Under the pieces are notes generated by a model that had not been told where the DNA came from, made no database searches, and saw only the letters and a list, made by a program, of their open reading frames with translations. A DNA stretch of 35,637 nucleotides from a virus (Duplodnaviria; Caudoviricetes). Below, piece by piece: positions 19,257 through 27,287 of the stretch; within the stretch, counting starts at the first letter, position 1, and the number at the start of each line of letters is the position of its first letter. Both the position numbers and the translations under genes were made by a program. The stretch is taken from the IMG/VR virus record IMGVR_UViG_3300016484_000704, positions 1-35,637 of that record; one strand, given 5' to 3'.

Positions 19257-21119
19257 ATGGCGCACATCAAGCACACCGCCACTCGCGCGGAGGCAACGCC
19301 TTCCGAGTGGTTGCGCACTGGCGCCCAGCTCGGTGAGCTGGTGAATACCTGGGCAGGACGCAGCGACCTGGTCGCGTACGTCGGACCCGGCGCCGGTGGA
19401 CCTGCGCCCGCCTGCTACAACCCGAAGCTCGCCGAGGTCGAGGTCAACGTTGACGTCGCCTTTGGCAACGTCTCGCCCGAGTTCATCGGCGACCTGCGCG
19501 AGCGCGACACGCAGTTTGACTGGCCTCGCGCCGCTGGCGCCATCTTCCACGAGGCGCTGCACGCGCGCTACTCGCGCTGGAACCTCGACAACGCAATTGC
19601 CGAGCTTCCCAAGCGCGTCTACCAGGCGCTCACTCTTCTCGAGGAGTCCCGCATCGAAGCGTGGGGCGTTCGCGAGATCCCGAGCAATCGCTCGTTTCTG
19701 CGCGCCTGCGCGCTCGACATCGTTCTCGCCGACATTCGCGAGAACCCTGGCGCCGAGCTCGACACCTGGAACGCGGCGCACCTCGCCGGTTTGCTCCACG
19801 CTCGAGTCGACGCCGGCGTTCTCGATCGCGACGACGTTGACGAGGTCATCGCCATTGTCGACGAGCACCTGGGTGCCGAGCTCATGAAGGAGCTCCGCGG
19901 CATCTGGCGCACCTTCCAGTCGCACGCCAATCACTACAACGTCGAGTCGATGTACGGCCTTGCCTACCGCTGGGTCGAGCTTCTCGAGGAGCGCGCCAAG
20001 GAGAAGGGCGAGACCGGAACACCCGGCGGCGCGTCTGGTAAGTCCGGCGACCCGAGCGAGTTTGGTGAGCCTGGCGGCGGCGAAGGCTCCGGTGAGTCCG
20101 GCGAAGGTGATGGTGAAGGCTCTGGCATTAGCATGAGCGACATCCTCGACGCGCTCGAGGACATTCGCGACATGGTTGCGATTGCCGCGGCCGATGACGC
20201 TGCTGATCAGCAGATGGCAGAGGAGTGGGACCGCGAGGTCAAGGCGCGCAGCTCCGCGAGCACCGAGCGCCGTGAGCACGAGGCCGCCGCATCGAAGCTC
20301 TTCTCAAAGGGCACCGGTCCGTCCTCGACGACCAAGTCGGCGTCGCGGCTCGTTGCAACGCGCCAGCCCGCCGGCCCCGAGCGTGCGGCAGCAGTTCGAG
20401 TCGCGCAGATGCTCGACAAGGCGAAGTACCGTGAGCGCGACGAGGTCGAGATCCACTCGGTTCTTCCTCCTGGTCGACTGCGCACTCGCGCAATGGTGCA
20501 GGGTGCCGCGCTTCGGTCGAAGGGTATCCGCGCCGAGGTCGAGCCCTGGCGTCGCACGGCGCGCAAGCACACCGAGGACCCGACGCTCAACATTGGCGTC
20601 ATGGTCGACATCTCCGGCAGCATGAGCGCGGCGATGGAGCCGATGGCAGTCACGGCCTGGGTTATGTCCGAGGCGGCTCGTCGAATCCAGGCGCGCGCGG
20701 CGATGGTGTACTACGGTAGCGGAGTGTTCCCCACGCTCAAGCCCGGGCAGCATCTGTCCGAGGTGCACGTGTACTCCGCACCGGACGGCACGGAGCGTTT
20801 CGACGATGCCTTCAAGGCGCTGGACGGCGGCCTCAATCTGCTGCACGGTACCGGCGCGCGTCTGCTCGTCATTGTGAGTGACGGGTGCTACACGCCGGCT
20901 GAGCAGCGTAACGCTCGCCGCTGGGTGCAGCGTTGCGATCAGGCCGGCGTCGCGGTTCTGTGGCTGCCGTTCGACTCGGACTACTACGCCAAGGAGATCA
21001 TCGGCTCCGCGAGCGCGGCGATCATTCCGGGCTACCTCGATCCGGCCAAGGCCGCGACCGAGATCGGCACCGCGGCTGCGCGGCAGCTCACCAACGCCGG
21101 CGCGAGGCGCGCGGCGTAA
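19257..21119 (+). CDS. vWA-domain (CobT-like) partner of the AAA+ ATPase with an N-terminal HExxH domain
   Basis: FHEALH...LEESRIE; Gly/Glu/Ser linker; MIDAS DISGSM, GT and VSDG. Confidence 0.9.
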   Translation: MAHIKHTATRAEATPSEWLRTGAQLGELVNTWAGRSDLVAYVGPGAGGPAPACYNPKLAEVEVNVDVAFGNVSPEFIGDLRERDTQFDWPRAAGAIFHEALHARYSRWNLDNAIAELPKRVYQALTLLEESRIEAWGVREIPSNRSFLRACALDIVLADIRENPGAELDTWNAAHLAGLLHARVDAGVLDRDDVDEVIAIVDEHLGAELMKELRGIWRTFQSHANHYNVESMYGLAYRWVELLEERAKEKGETGTPGGASGKSGDPSEFGEPGGGEGSGESGEGDGEGSGISMSDILDALEDIRDMVAIAAADDAADQQMAEEWDREVKARSSASTERREHEAAASKLFSKGTGPSSTTKSASRLVATRQPAGPERAAAVRVAQMLDKAKYRERDEVEIHSVLPPGRLRTRAMVQGAALRSKGIRAEVEPWRRTARKHTEDPTLNIGVMVDISGSMSAAMEPMAVTAWVMSEAARRIQARAAMVYYGSGVFPTLKPGQHLSEVHVYSAPDGTERFDDAFKALDGGLNLLHGTGARLLVIVSDGCYTPAEQRNARRWVQRCDQAGVAVLWLPFDSDYYAKEIIGSASAAIIPGYLDPAKAATEIGTAAARQLTNAGARRAA

Positions 21120-21122
21120 GCT

Positions 21123-21182
21123 CCGGCCCGGAGAGGAGCGGTTGTTTCGTCCGTCCTTTCGTCCCGCTCCTCTCCGGGCCGG
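21123..21182 (+). terminator. Perfect 19-bp hairpin whose 22-nt loop is antisense to the cassette leader motif
   Basis: Arms 21123-21141 and 21164-21182; loop TTGTTTCGTCCGTCCTTTCGTC. Confidence 0.75.
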
Positions 21183-21226
21183 CCTTCCTGATATAATAGT
21201 TCCAACGACGGAAGGAAGGCATCAGC

Positions 21227-21367
21227 ATGGACATCAAGATCTCTCCGGAGCAGCAGAAGCTCAATGCTCAGTCGCACCGGCTCGGAAACGTCGACGACTG
21301 CCTTCGCTGCGTCGACTGCGAGGTTGCCGCATGGAACACGTGGCGCGAGCCGTGCCAAGCTCGATAG
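21227..21367 (+). CDS. 46-aa Cys/His protein
   Basis: Follows promoter 21187 and GAAGGAAGG; H...CLRCVDC...C. Confidence 0.65.
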   Translation: MDIKISPEQQKLNAQSHRLGNVDDCLRCVDCEVAAWNTWREPCQAR

Positions 21368-21419
21368 AGTCCGCCTGATATAATAGTACCAACACAACGA
21401 CGAACGGACGGAGAATCAA

Positions 21420-21713
21420 ATGTACGGAGTGAAGCCCGAGGACCCTCGAGTCACCGCCGCCTGCATGATCTGTGACGGCGAAGGCATCGTCGACGGTGGC
21501 GATCGCGTCAACCCGTTCACCAGCATGGCCGAGGCGTACATGACCAGCTGCCAGTGCACCTTCGATACCGAGTGGCAGGGCGTCCTGTGTGTGGCGATCG
21601 AGTGGGGCGCGGTCGACGAGCTCCGCGAGTTCGCCAAGGCCGCGGACTACGACATCGAGAAGACCCTCGACCTGTGGGATGCCTACGAGACCAAGTGCCT
21701 GCAGGGCGCCTGA
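21420..21713 (+). CDS. Hypothetical protein (CxxC...CxC)
   Basis: Follows promoter 21374; its stop is the TGA of repeat 21709. Confidence 0.8.
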   Translation: MYGVKPEDPRVTAACMICDGEGIVDGGDRVNPFTSMAEAYMTSCQCTFDTEWQGVLCVAIEWGAVDELREFAKAADYDIEKTLDLWDAYETKCLQGA

Positions 21714-21749
21714 TATAATAGTACTACCAACGACGAAAGGACACCAGCC

Positions 21750-21953
21750 ATGGCAATGACCAAAGACTCCGAGTACATGTACACCACCATCGAGCAGGCG
21801 ATGCGGGCGCTCCGTGACGCGGAGCATGACGTCGCCGCCGACTACGGCGAGGACATGGTGCAGGAAGGCTACAACGACCTGGTCGACGGCATCGCCTTCG
21901 ACTGCAGCCCGAGCGTGCGCAAGGAATTCCTGCGCCGGACGAGAGGCTTCTGA
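21750..21953 (+). CDS. Hypothetical protein
   Basis: Follows promoter 21709 and ACGACGAAAGGAC. Confidence 0.8.
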   Translation: MAMTKDSEYMYTTIEQAMRALRDAEHDVAADYGEDMVQEGYNDLVDGIAFDCSPSVRKEFLRRTRGF

Positions 21954-22039
21954 TGAGCGGCGGCTGCGGGTGCGCCTGCAACTCCGGTGGATTCTGCGGT
22001 GGCTGCGGTCATCGCGGATGCGGAGGTCGCAATGGATGA
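21953..22039 (+). CDS. 28-aa Gly/Cys-rich micropeptide
   Basis: TGATG overlap; MSGGCGCACNSGGFCGGCGHRGCGGRNG*. Confidence 0.6.
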   Translation: MSGGCGCACNSGGFCGGCGHRGCGGRNG

Positions 22040-22142
22040 CTGCCCGAACCCCGAAGCTCATCCGAGCATGCTCGACTTCTACGGCGAATGCACCTGGTGC
22101 GGCGCCACCGATCTCCCTAAGCCAACCGACGGAAAGGCCTGA
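22032..22142 (+). CDS. 36-aa C..H..CxxC peptide
   Basis: GGAGG RBS; MDDCPNPEAH...ECTWCG... Confidence 0.55.
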   Translation: MDDCPNPEAHPSMLDFYGECTWCGATDLPKPTDGKA

Positions 22143-22143
22143 C

Positions 22144-22314
22144 ATGGGTTACCTAGTACAGAACCGCCGCCGAGGCGGCAAGTGGACGACCCGCTGGGAG
22201 CTCGCCAATGAGACCCAAGCAGTTCACTACTACATCAGCTTGAACACGTTCGGCAACTGGCGCAAGCGCCTGGTCGACCCCGACGGCAACGTCATCGCCC
22301 GTCAAGAGTGGTAG
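22144..22314 (+). CDS. Hypothetical protein
   Basis: GAAAGG RBS; MGYLVQNRRRGGKW... Confidence 0.7.
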   Translation: MGYLVQNRRRGGKWTTRWELANETQAVHYYISLNTFGNWRKRLVDPDGNVIARQEW

Positions 22315-22326
22315 ACCACCCCGACT

Positions 22327-22401
22327 CCGGCGCGCCAAGAGCACGCGACCCGTCACTTCCCCCGGTGACATCGACTCGCTCTCTTGGCGCGCCGGTCTTT
22401 T
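22327..22401 (+). terminator. Long stem-loop with a T-tract
   Basis: CCGGCGCGCCAAGAG/CTCTTGGCGCGCCGG followed by TCTTTT; abuts promoter 22406. Confidence 0.7.
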
Positions 22402-22445
22402 CCCTCCTGATATAATAGTACTAACGACGACGCAAGGGGGACGGA

Positions 22446-22703
22446 ATGTACGTAAACCTGCACACGCTGCCGGCCGGAATGCACATGTACACTGTCTGCA
22501 TCGCTGACCGCGAGGAGCGCAAGGCGTTTCCGACAGACTTCAGCTACGATGAGTTCGACCTTACTGCCCCGCGCAACGCAACAGCCGCGGACATCATCCG
22601 CGCTGCCGAAGAGAGCTCGGACTGGGGCTACGACGGCCCGCACCTCGAGGTCATCGCCGTGATCGATCAATCGACCGGCGAAGTTGTCTGGCAGGCTGCC
22701 TGA
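22446..22703 (+). CDS. Hypothetical protein, paralog of 25365-25625
   Basis: Shared I.DR...P...TA.D...A..D.STGE..W.A; stop lies in repeat 22699. Confidence 0.8.
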   Translation: MYVNLHTLPAGMHMYTVCIADREERKAFPTDFSYDEFDLTAPRNATAADIIRAAEESSDWGYDGPHLEVIAVIDQSTGEVVWQAA

Positions 22704-22742
22704 TATAATAGTACTACAACGACGGAATGAAGGGGGAGCCAC

Positions 22743-23096
22743 ATGACAGTCACAGTCATCGACAAGACACTCGGCACGCTGAGCTTCAAGAAGTCACCGT
22801 ACGGACGCACCTGGGCAAACGGCCCGATCCGATTCAGCGATCGCCCGGACGGCCAGAGCATCGTCTACATCGAGGTCAAGGGCGAGACGATCACCGAGCA
22901 GTTATATGCCCGGCGGACACGTCCGTACACGCTTCTTCGCAAGCCGCTCGAGGATATCCTTCGCGCGAACGGCATTCGCTTCGGCAAGCTGCGCTGGAGC
23001 CAGAGCGCCGGATGCGGAATGTGTCCGTGCAGCCCGGGGTTTGTAATCGAAGGTGGAGACCGCGGGTCAGACTACTGGCTCACGCTCTCGAAGTAG
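22743..23096 (+). CDS. Hypothetical protein
   Basis: WSQSAGCGMCPCSPGF motif; AAGGGGGAG RBS. Confidence 0.8.
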   Translation: MTVTVIDKTLGTLSFKKSPYGRTWANGPIRFSDRPDGQSIVYIEVKGETITEQLYARRTRPYTLLRKPLEDILRANGIRFGKLRWSQSAGCGMCPCSPGFVIEGGDRGSDYWLTLSK

Positions 23097-23104
23097 GCGC
23101 GAAG

Positions 23105-23136
23105 GCCCCGGCGGAACTCCCCGCCGGGGCTCTTCC
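23105..23136 (+). terminator. GC-rich hairpin
   Basis: GCCCCGGCGG-AACTCC-CCGCCGGGGC followed by TCTT. Confidence 0.65.
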
Positions 23137-23213
23137 CTCGGTCAGAGGCACCTGATATAATAGTACCAACGAGGAGCCAAGGGGCGCCTCAAGAGACGAA
23201 GGGAAGTAGTCGA

Positions 23214-23546
23214 ATGGCTAGCACCGTAGTTACCAAGACCACCGAGGTGGTCACCAGCACGACGACCGTCGAGCTCGACTCGACCGATGCCGCGCAGCTC
23301 ATCGCGCGGTTCACTGCCGCCAAGGCGGCCATGAAGGTGCTCGAGGCTGAGAAGGAGTCCGCCGAGGCGGCCATCCGCGAGCTCCTCGGCGATGCCGAGG
23401 TCGGCACCATCGCGGGCGTCGAGCGCGTCCGCATCGCGCAGCGCAACCGGTCGAACATCGACCGCAAGGTCCTCCAGACCGCGTTCCCCGAGGCCTACCA
23501 GGCTTCGCTGTACGAGTCGCCCTACACGGTGCTCATCGCCAAGTAG
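23214..23546 (+). CDS. Hypothetical protein (helical N-half; resembles actinophage nuclease-associated proteins)
   Basis: IRELLGDAEVGTIAG...R..ID.K.L...FPE.Y. Confidence 0.8.
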   Translation: MASTVVTKTTEVVTSTTTVELDSTDAAQLIARFTAAKAAMKVLEAEKESAEAAIRELLGDAEVGTIAGVERVRIAQRNRSNIDRKVLQTAFPEAYQASLYESPYTVLIAK

Positions 23547-23556
23547 GACGCAGCTG

Positions 23557-23603
23557 TCCAGGCGCTCGGCCTTCTTCGTCGGATCAAAGGTCGGGCGCCT
23601 GGA
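23557..23603 (+). terminator. 17-bp hairpin with a CTTCGTCG loop
   Basis: TCCAGGCGCTCGGCCTT/AAGGTCGGGCGCCTGGA with two G-U pairs. Confidence 0.65.
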
Positions 23604-23731
23604 TCGCGTGACGGGTCATCTCTTCGGTAAGGGCAGGTCGCACGACAGGGAGAGTAGCTACCTCAACCGCCACCCGCACGTCACACTCGTCTTGATATAA
23701 TAGTACCAACGACGCAACGACAGGAGGCAAC

Positions 23732-23944
23732 ATGCGGTACATACTCACTGCCCAGCTCGACGGGACTACACGAACTGTCAGAGTTATTGCAGAAGACTCG
23801 TTCGACGCGACCATGCAGGCGATCGACATCGTGCTCGATCGCGCCTCGCGCTTTCCTGCAGGTACCTGGGCACTTGGTCGAATCGAGCTGAAGGACCCCA
23901 CCGGCAAGATCATTCACTACATGAACGCCAAGGCCGCGGCGTGA
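23732..23944 (+). CDS. Hypothetical protein, paralog of the next gene
   Basis: Y.LT....G......A.D..DA...A...V.D.....P.G.W..GRI...D.TG. Confidence 0.8.
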   Translation: MRYILTAQLDGTTRTVRVIAEDSFDATMQAIDIVLDRASRFPAGTWALGRIELKDPTGKIIHYMNAKAAA

Positions 23945-24156
23945 TCTACAGGCTCACGTCTCGCCGGCGCGGCAAGACGTTCGTCATCTACTTCGAAGCC
24001 ACTGATCTCGAGGACGCCAAGGCACGCGCCCTCGAGCTGGTGCGGGATAAGATCGAGCAGGACCCAACCGGCGAGTGGTTCGACGGGCGCATTCGCGTCT
24101 TCGACACAACCGGCACGCCCGTCTTCGTCATCAAGGACCAGGAGGTTCTCTCGTGA
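23941..24156 (+). CDS. Hypothetical protein, tandem paralog
   Basis: Same pattern as 23732-23944; GTGA overlap. Confidence 0.8.
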   Translation: MIYRLTSRRRGKTFVIYFEATDLEDAKARALELVRDKIEQDPTGEWFDGRIRVFDTTGTPVFVIKDQEVLS

Positions 24157-24446
24157 CCGTCATCGCCCGACCTATTCAAGCTTTCGATCTCGGCGTCGGC
24201 GACGCAATCGTTCTGCCGACCGCGTTCGGTGATGAGTGCCTCGTCACCGTCTCTCAGCTCATTCGCGTCAGCACGAACGAAGTCTACGTCGAGTTCGCGG
24301 ATGCGGACGACGTCAAGGGCGCGCCCGAGTCGATGACGGTCACATTCGAGATGCCTCTTCGCATCGAGGAGCGTTTCTGCGTATACCCGAGCTGCGATCG
24401 CCATGCGGCTGGATCCAGCTCGACGTGCGAGTGGCACCTGATATAA
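24153..24446 (+). CDS. Hypothetical protein with a C-terminal C..C...C..H motif
   Basis: GTGA overlap; GGAGG RBS; stop TAA inside repeat 24437. Confidence 0.7.
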   Translation: MTVIARPIQAFDLGVGDAIVLPTAFGDECLVTVSQLIRVSTNEVYVEFADADDVKGAPESMTVTFEMPLRIEERFCVYPSCDRHAAGSSSTCEWHLI

Positions 24447-24485
24447 TAGTACCAACAGCACGGCCCAACGACGAAAGGACACGAC

Positions 24486-24932
24486 ATGGGCTACTACGTT
24501 CAGACCACGGCAGTCGACTGGCTTCTGCCGATCGTCAACGAGTCCGCGGCCCTCGATGCGCTCAAGAAGCTCAACTCGAGCGAGAACGATCACCTCAAGC
24601 GCGGCGGACGCTACGCCGATGGCGGAAAGACCGAGTCCTGGTTCTCCTGGATGCCGACTGACTACGACAAGACGGTCACGTCCGTTGCCCAGGTGCTCGA
24701 CATGCTCGGCTTCGAGACCAAGATTCTGCCCGAAGGCACACGGATCGTCGGATACGACTCCAAGACCGGGCAGGAAGAGCTGTTTCTCGCCACCATCGCG
24801 CACTTCGTTGAGCCCGGTTCGTCAATCGACTGGCGCGGTGAGGACGACGCCATCTGGCGCTACGCGTTCGATGGAACGCGCATGCAGGTCCTTGAAGGAC
24901 GCCTGACGTACTCATTCGGAGAGGAGGAGTGA
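24486..24932 (+). CDS. Conserved-looking phage protein
   Basis: WFSWM, YDSKTGQE..FL..IA..V..GS.I.WRGED...WR motifs; leader ACGACGAAAGGAC. Confidence 0.85.
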   Translation: MGYYVQTTAVDWLLPIVNESAALDALKKLNSSENDHLKRGGRYADGGKTESWFSWMPTDYDKTVTSVAQVLDMLGFETKILPEGTRIVGYDSKTGQEELFLATIAHFVEPGSSIDWRGEDDAIWRYAFDGTRMQVLEGRLTYSFGEEE

Positions 24933-25267
24933 GCATGTTGCTTCTCGAAGAGATCGTGATCGATATCTCGACCGGCGTCTACGACAAGCAGCTCGCCGAC
25001 ATCGAGGCCGCGGTGAAGAAGCGGCAGACCGAGCTTCGGACCACTCGCTCGAAGGGAGACTTCGGAATCGGGCAGAAGGTTCGATTCAACAACCTGTGCG
25101 GGACGAAGTACCTGGTTGGCTCGGTCGGCACCGTCGTCGGACTGCGCCGAACAAAGATCGTCGTCGTGCTCGACAAGCCGGTCGGTCGATTCTCTCGCAT
25201 GAACTCTGACGGCGCCTGCGTCTCACCTGAGATCGTCGTACCGACCTCGATCGTGGACCCGGCATGA
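24929..25267 (+). CDS. Hypothetical protein with an SH3/KOW-like C-terminus
   Basis: F.IGQKVRF...GTVVG.RRTKIVV.LD. Confidence 0.75.
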   Translation: MSMLLLEEIVIDISTGVYDKQLADIEAAVKKRQTELRTTRSKGDFGIGQKVRFNNLCGTKYLVGSVGTVVGLRRTKIVVVLDKPVGRFSRMNSDGACVSPEIVVPTSIVDPA

Positions 25268-25364
25268 CGATTCACGAGCGCAGCCCTGTCTTGTTCGTAG
25301 CCTGGTCATACAGTTACTGGGCACGGCAGATTGTGCGGGACTGCCGGCGCGGAAGGCGGAACGC

Positions 25365-25625
25365 ATGAGACCCGGCGCAACTCTACTTACCGACTACGTC
25401 TTCTACATCTGCGACCGATCGGCGTACAGCTCTGACCCGTTCACCAATGACGCGGTCGAGTATCACGTGCTCGCGGATCCTGGCCTTACGGCAAGTGATC
25501 TTTACTGGTGGTTGCAAACGCACCCGGAGCTGAGTCGCAGGTACGGACTTCACTTCAACGCGATGATTCTCGCGATTGTTGATACATCGACCGGCGAGAT
25601 TCTCTGGACGGCCACGCCGTCCTGA
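25365..25625 (+). CDS. Hypothetical protein, paralog of 22446-22703
   Basis: Shared motifs; its stop is the TGA of repeat 25621. Confidence 0.75.
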   Translation: MRPGATLLTDYVFYICDRSAYSSDPFTNDAVEYHVLADPGLTASDLYWWLQTHPELSRRYGLHFNAMILAIVDTSTGEILWTATPS

Positions 25626-25676
25626 TATAATAATATTAGCACGGCAAACGACAACACGACGAAGCGAGGTGACAAC

Positions 25677-25955
25677 ATGACAACGACCGAAGAGAAGAAG
25701 CCGCGGTGGAAGCCGTATACTCGAGTCGAGCAGCCCGGTGCAATCGCCAAGGGCGTGAAGATTCCTTCCGGTTACACGCCGGCGTACTTCCGCAAGCGCG
25801 CGAGCCTTGCGGTGCTTCGAGCCAACGACTGTTCGCACTACCTGGTCTTCAACACCACTACCGGAGCGCACCTGCCTGTTCCAACATGCAAGGTTGCCTC
25901 GGAAACGATGAGCCAGGTTCGGAAGGGCGAGCTGAAGCTCGAGGCGGCTGCCTGA
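25677..25955 (+). CDS. Basic hypothetical protein
   Basis: GAGGTG RBS after promoter 25621. Confidence 0.75.
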   Translation: MTTTEEKKPRWKPYTRVEQPGAIAKGVKIPSGYTPAYFRKRASLAVLRANDCSHYLVFNTTTGAHLPVPTCKVASETMSQVRKGELKLEAAA

Positions 25956-25959
25956 GCTA

Positions 25960-26000
25960 GTTAGGGCTAGGTGTCCCATTCGTGGGTGCCTAGCCCTAAC
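25960..26000 (+). terminator. Hairpin abutting promoter 26000
   Basis: GTTAGGGCTAGG/CCTAGCCCTAAC stem; loop ATTCGT. Confidence 0.65.
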
Positions 26001-26043
26001 CTGATATAATAGATCTATCAGCCCAACGACGAAAGGACGCAAG

Positions 26044-26265
26044 ATGAGCGCGGTTACAGAGCTTGGCGCCCAGCTCGCTGGAATCATCAGCGACACAGTA
26101 TCCTCGACCACCTCACTCGAGCATGACGCCTCAATCGCGGCCCGTCAGCTCGGCGTCGCGCTCGACACTGTCGCCGACCGGGACGCGGTCGTCGAAGCTG
26201 TCCTCAGCGCCCTCAGCCCATTCATCCTCGAGCAGCTCGAGTGGGCTAATGAGAGTGACGCGTAG
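26044..26265 (+). CDS. Hypothetical protein
   Basis: Leader ACGACGAAAGGAC. Confidence 0.7.
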   Translation: MSAVTELGAQLAGIISDTVSSTTSLEHDASIAARQLGVALDTVADRDAVVEAVLSALSPFILEQLEWANESDA

Positions 26266-26274
26266 CCTACGGGC

Positions 26275-26304
26275 GGGGCACGCGGGCGAAAGCCCGCGTG
26301 TCCC
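26275..26304 (+). terminator. GAAA-tetraloop hairpin
   Basis: GGGGCACGCGGGC-GAAA-GCCCGCGTGTCCC. Confidence 0.6.
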
Positions 26305-26359
26305 ATTCGTGGGTGCCTGATATAATAGTGCCAACGACGAAATGAAAGGGGCAGTCCGA

Positions 26360-26638
26360 ATGCCAAAGACATTCGATCACCAGCTCTCGATTCTCAAGTC
26401 CGCCTACCACCGAAACGGTATCGGCGGCGCGCCGTTCAAGGTTGCGGTTGTTGCCGACCCGAATGAAGACGACGTCAAGCTCGTCATCATGTTCGAGGAC
26501 AAGTGGCACACCGCTGTTCTTTCACTCGCTCAGCTTCAGGAGGACGCCAACATCGAGTTCGGCGAGAACTCCTGGCGCGGTGACTACTACGAGATTCATC
26601 TTCGCGACGAGCTTTGGCCGGAGGAAGACAGTGAGTGA
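26360..26638 (+). CDS. Hypothetical protein
   Basis: YHRNGIGGAPF...NSWRGD motif; AAAGGGG RBS. Confidence 0.8.
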   Translation: MPKTFDHQLSILKSAYHRNGIGGAPFKVAVVADPNEDDVKLVIMFEDKWHTAVLSLAQLQEDANIEFGENSWRGDYYEIHLRDELWPEEDSE

Positions 26639-26870
26639 CCCTGCAGAGATCTCCGCGGCACTTGAAGAAGCTCTTCGAGCTCTTCGAGACGTAGCCGAGC
26701 TCGATCCAACACGCCCGGTAACAAACTCGAGCGAAAAAGTCGCGCGGCGAAGCCTTGAGCGCATCTCACAGCTGATTCAACGAGATGTTGCGGCGCCAGG
26801 TCGAACGCCTCGCCCAGGAGAGAACTCCGACTACCCGGTACTTCGACTTCACGACCCCGACTACTACTAA
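26631..26870 (+). CDS. Hypothetical protein
   Basis: GGAGG RBS before GTG 26631. Confidence 0.6.
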   Translation: MSDPAEISAALEEALRALRDVAELDPTRPVTNSSEKVARRSLERISQLIQRDVAAPGRTPRPGENSDYPVLRLHDPDYY

Positions 26871-26929
26871 ACTTCAATCTCCTCCCTCGCCTGATATAAT
26901 AGATCTACACGCCGAGGAAGGAGACCACA

Positions 26930-27088
26930 ATGGCGAAGACAAAGAAGCCGGCACTCGTGACTCCGGCGTCGCGCGGGATCAGCGTGATCAACCGCGTCAT
27001 CACAAAGTACCAGCATCGCGCAACCAAGCGCCGCCGCTCCCGCGGAGACAAGCGCCGCGCAGCCATCGCCGACTCGAGCGGAGACTGA
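26930..27088 (+). CDS. 52-aa very basic protein
   Basis: AAGGAG RBS after promoter 26890; ...HRATKRRRSRGDKRRAAI... Confidence 0.7.
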   Translation: MAKTKKPALVTPASRGISVINRVITKYQHRATKRRRSRGDKRRAAIADSSGD

Positions 27089-27089
27089 C

Positions 27090-27287
27090 ATGATGAACAA
27101 AGAGCGTCTGCAGGACGTCGGCTACACAATCAAGAAGACACACGGCATCGATCGCGTCGCAGACAAGGCCGGTGTACCACGCCGCACGGTTGTCAAGTTC
27201 TGTAACGACTTCACAAAGATAACCATGCGCGACCTCGAGCGCATCATGAATGCGGTCAACGAGCTGGAGAAAGGCGAGCAACCGTGA
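27090..27287 (+). CDS. XRE/Cro-like HTH protein
   Basis: IDRVADKAGVPRRTVVKF. Confidence 0.7.
   Translation: MMNKERLQDVGYTIKKTHGIDRVADKAGVPRRTVVKFCNDFTKITMRDLERIMNAVNELEKGEQP

Noticed and set aside
18142-21119. Cobaltochelatase cobS/cobT as cobalamin auxiliary metabolic genes
   Set aside because: No cobN or other B12 genes in the window; generic MoxR/vWA motifs explain the similarity, so no gene symbols were assigned
14585-22145. Long minus-strand ORFs (14585-15451, 16459-17463, 19221-20279, 21261-22145)
   Set aside because: Typical high-GC antisense shadows of well-supported + genes, with no recognisable motifs or RBS
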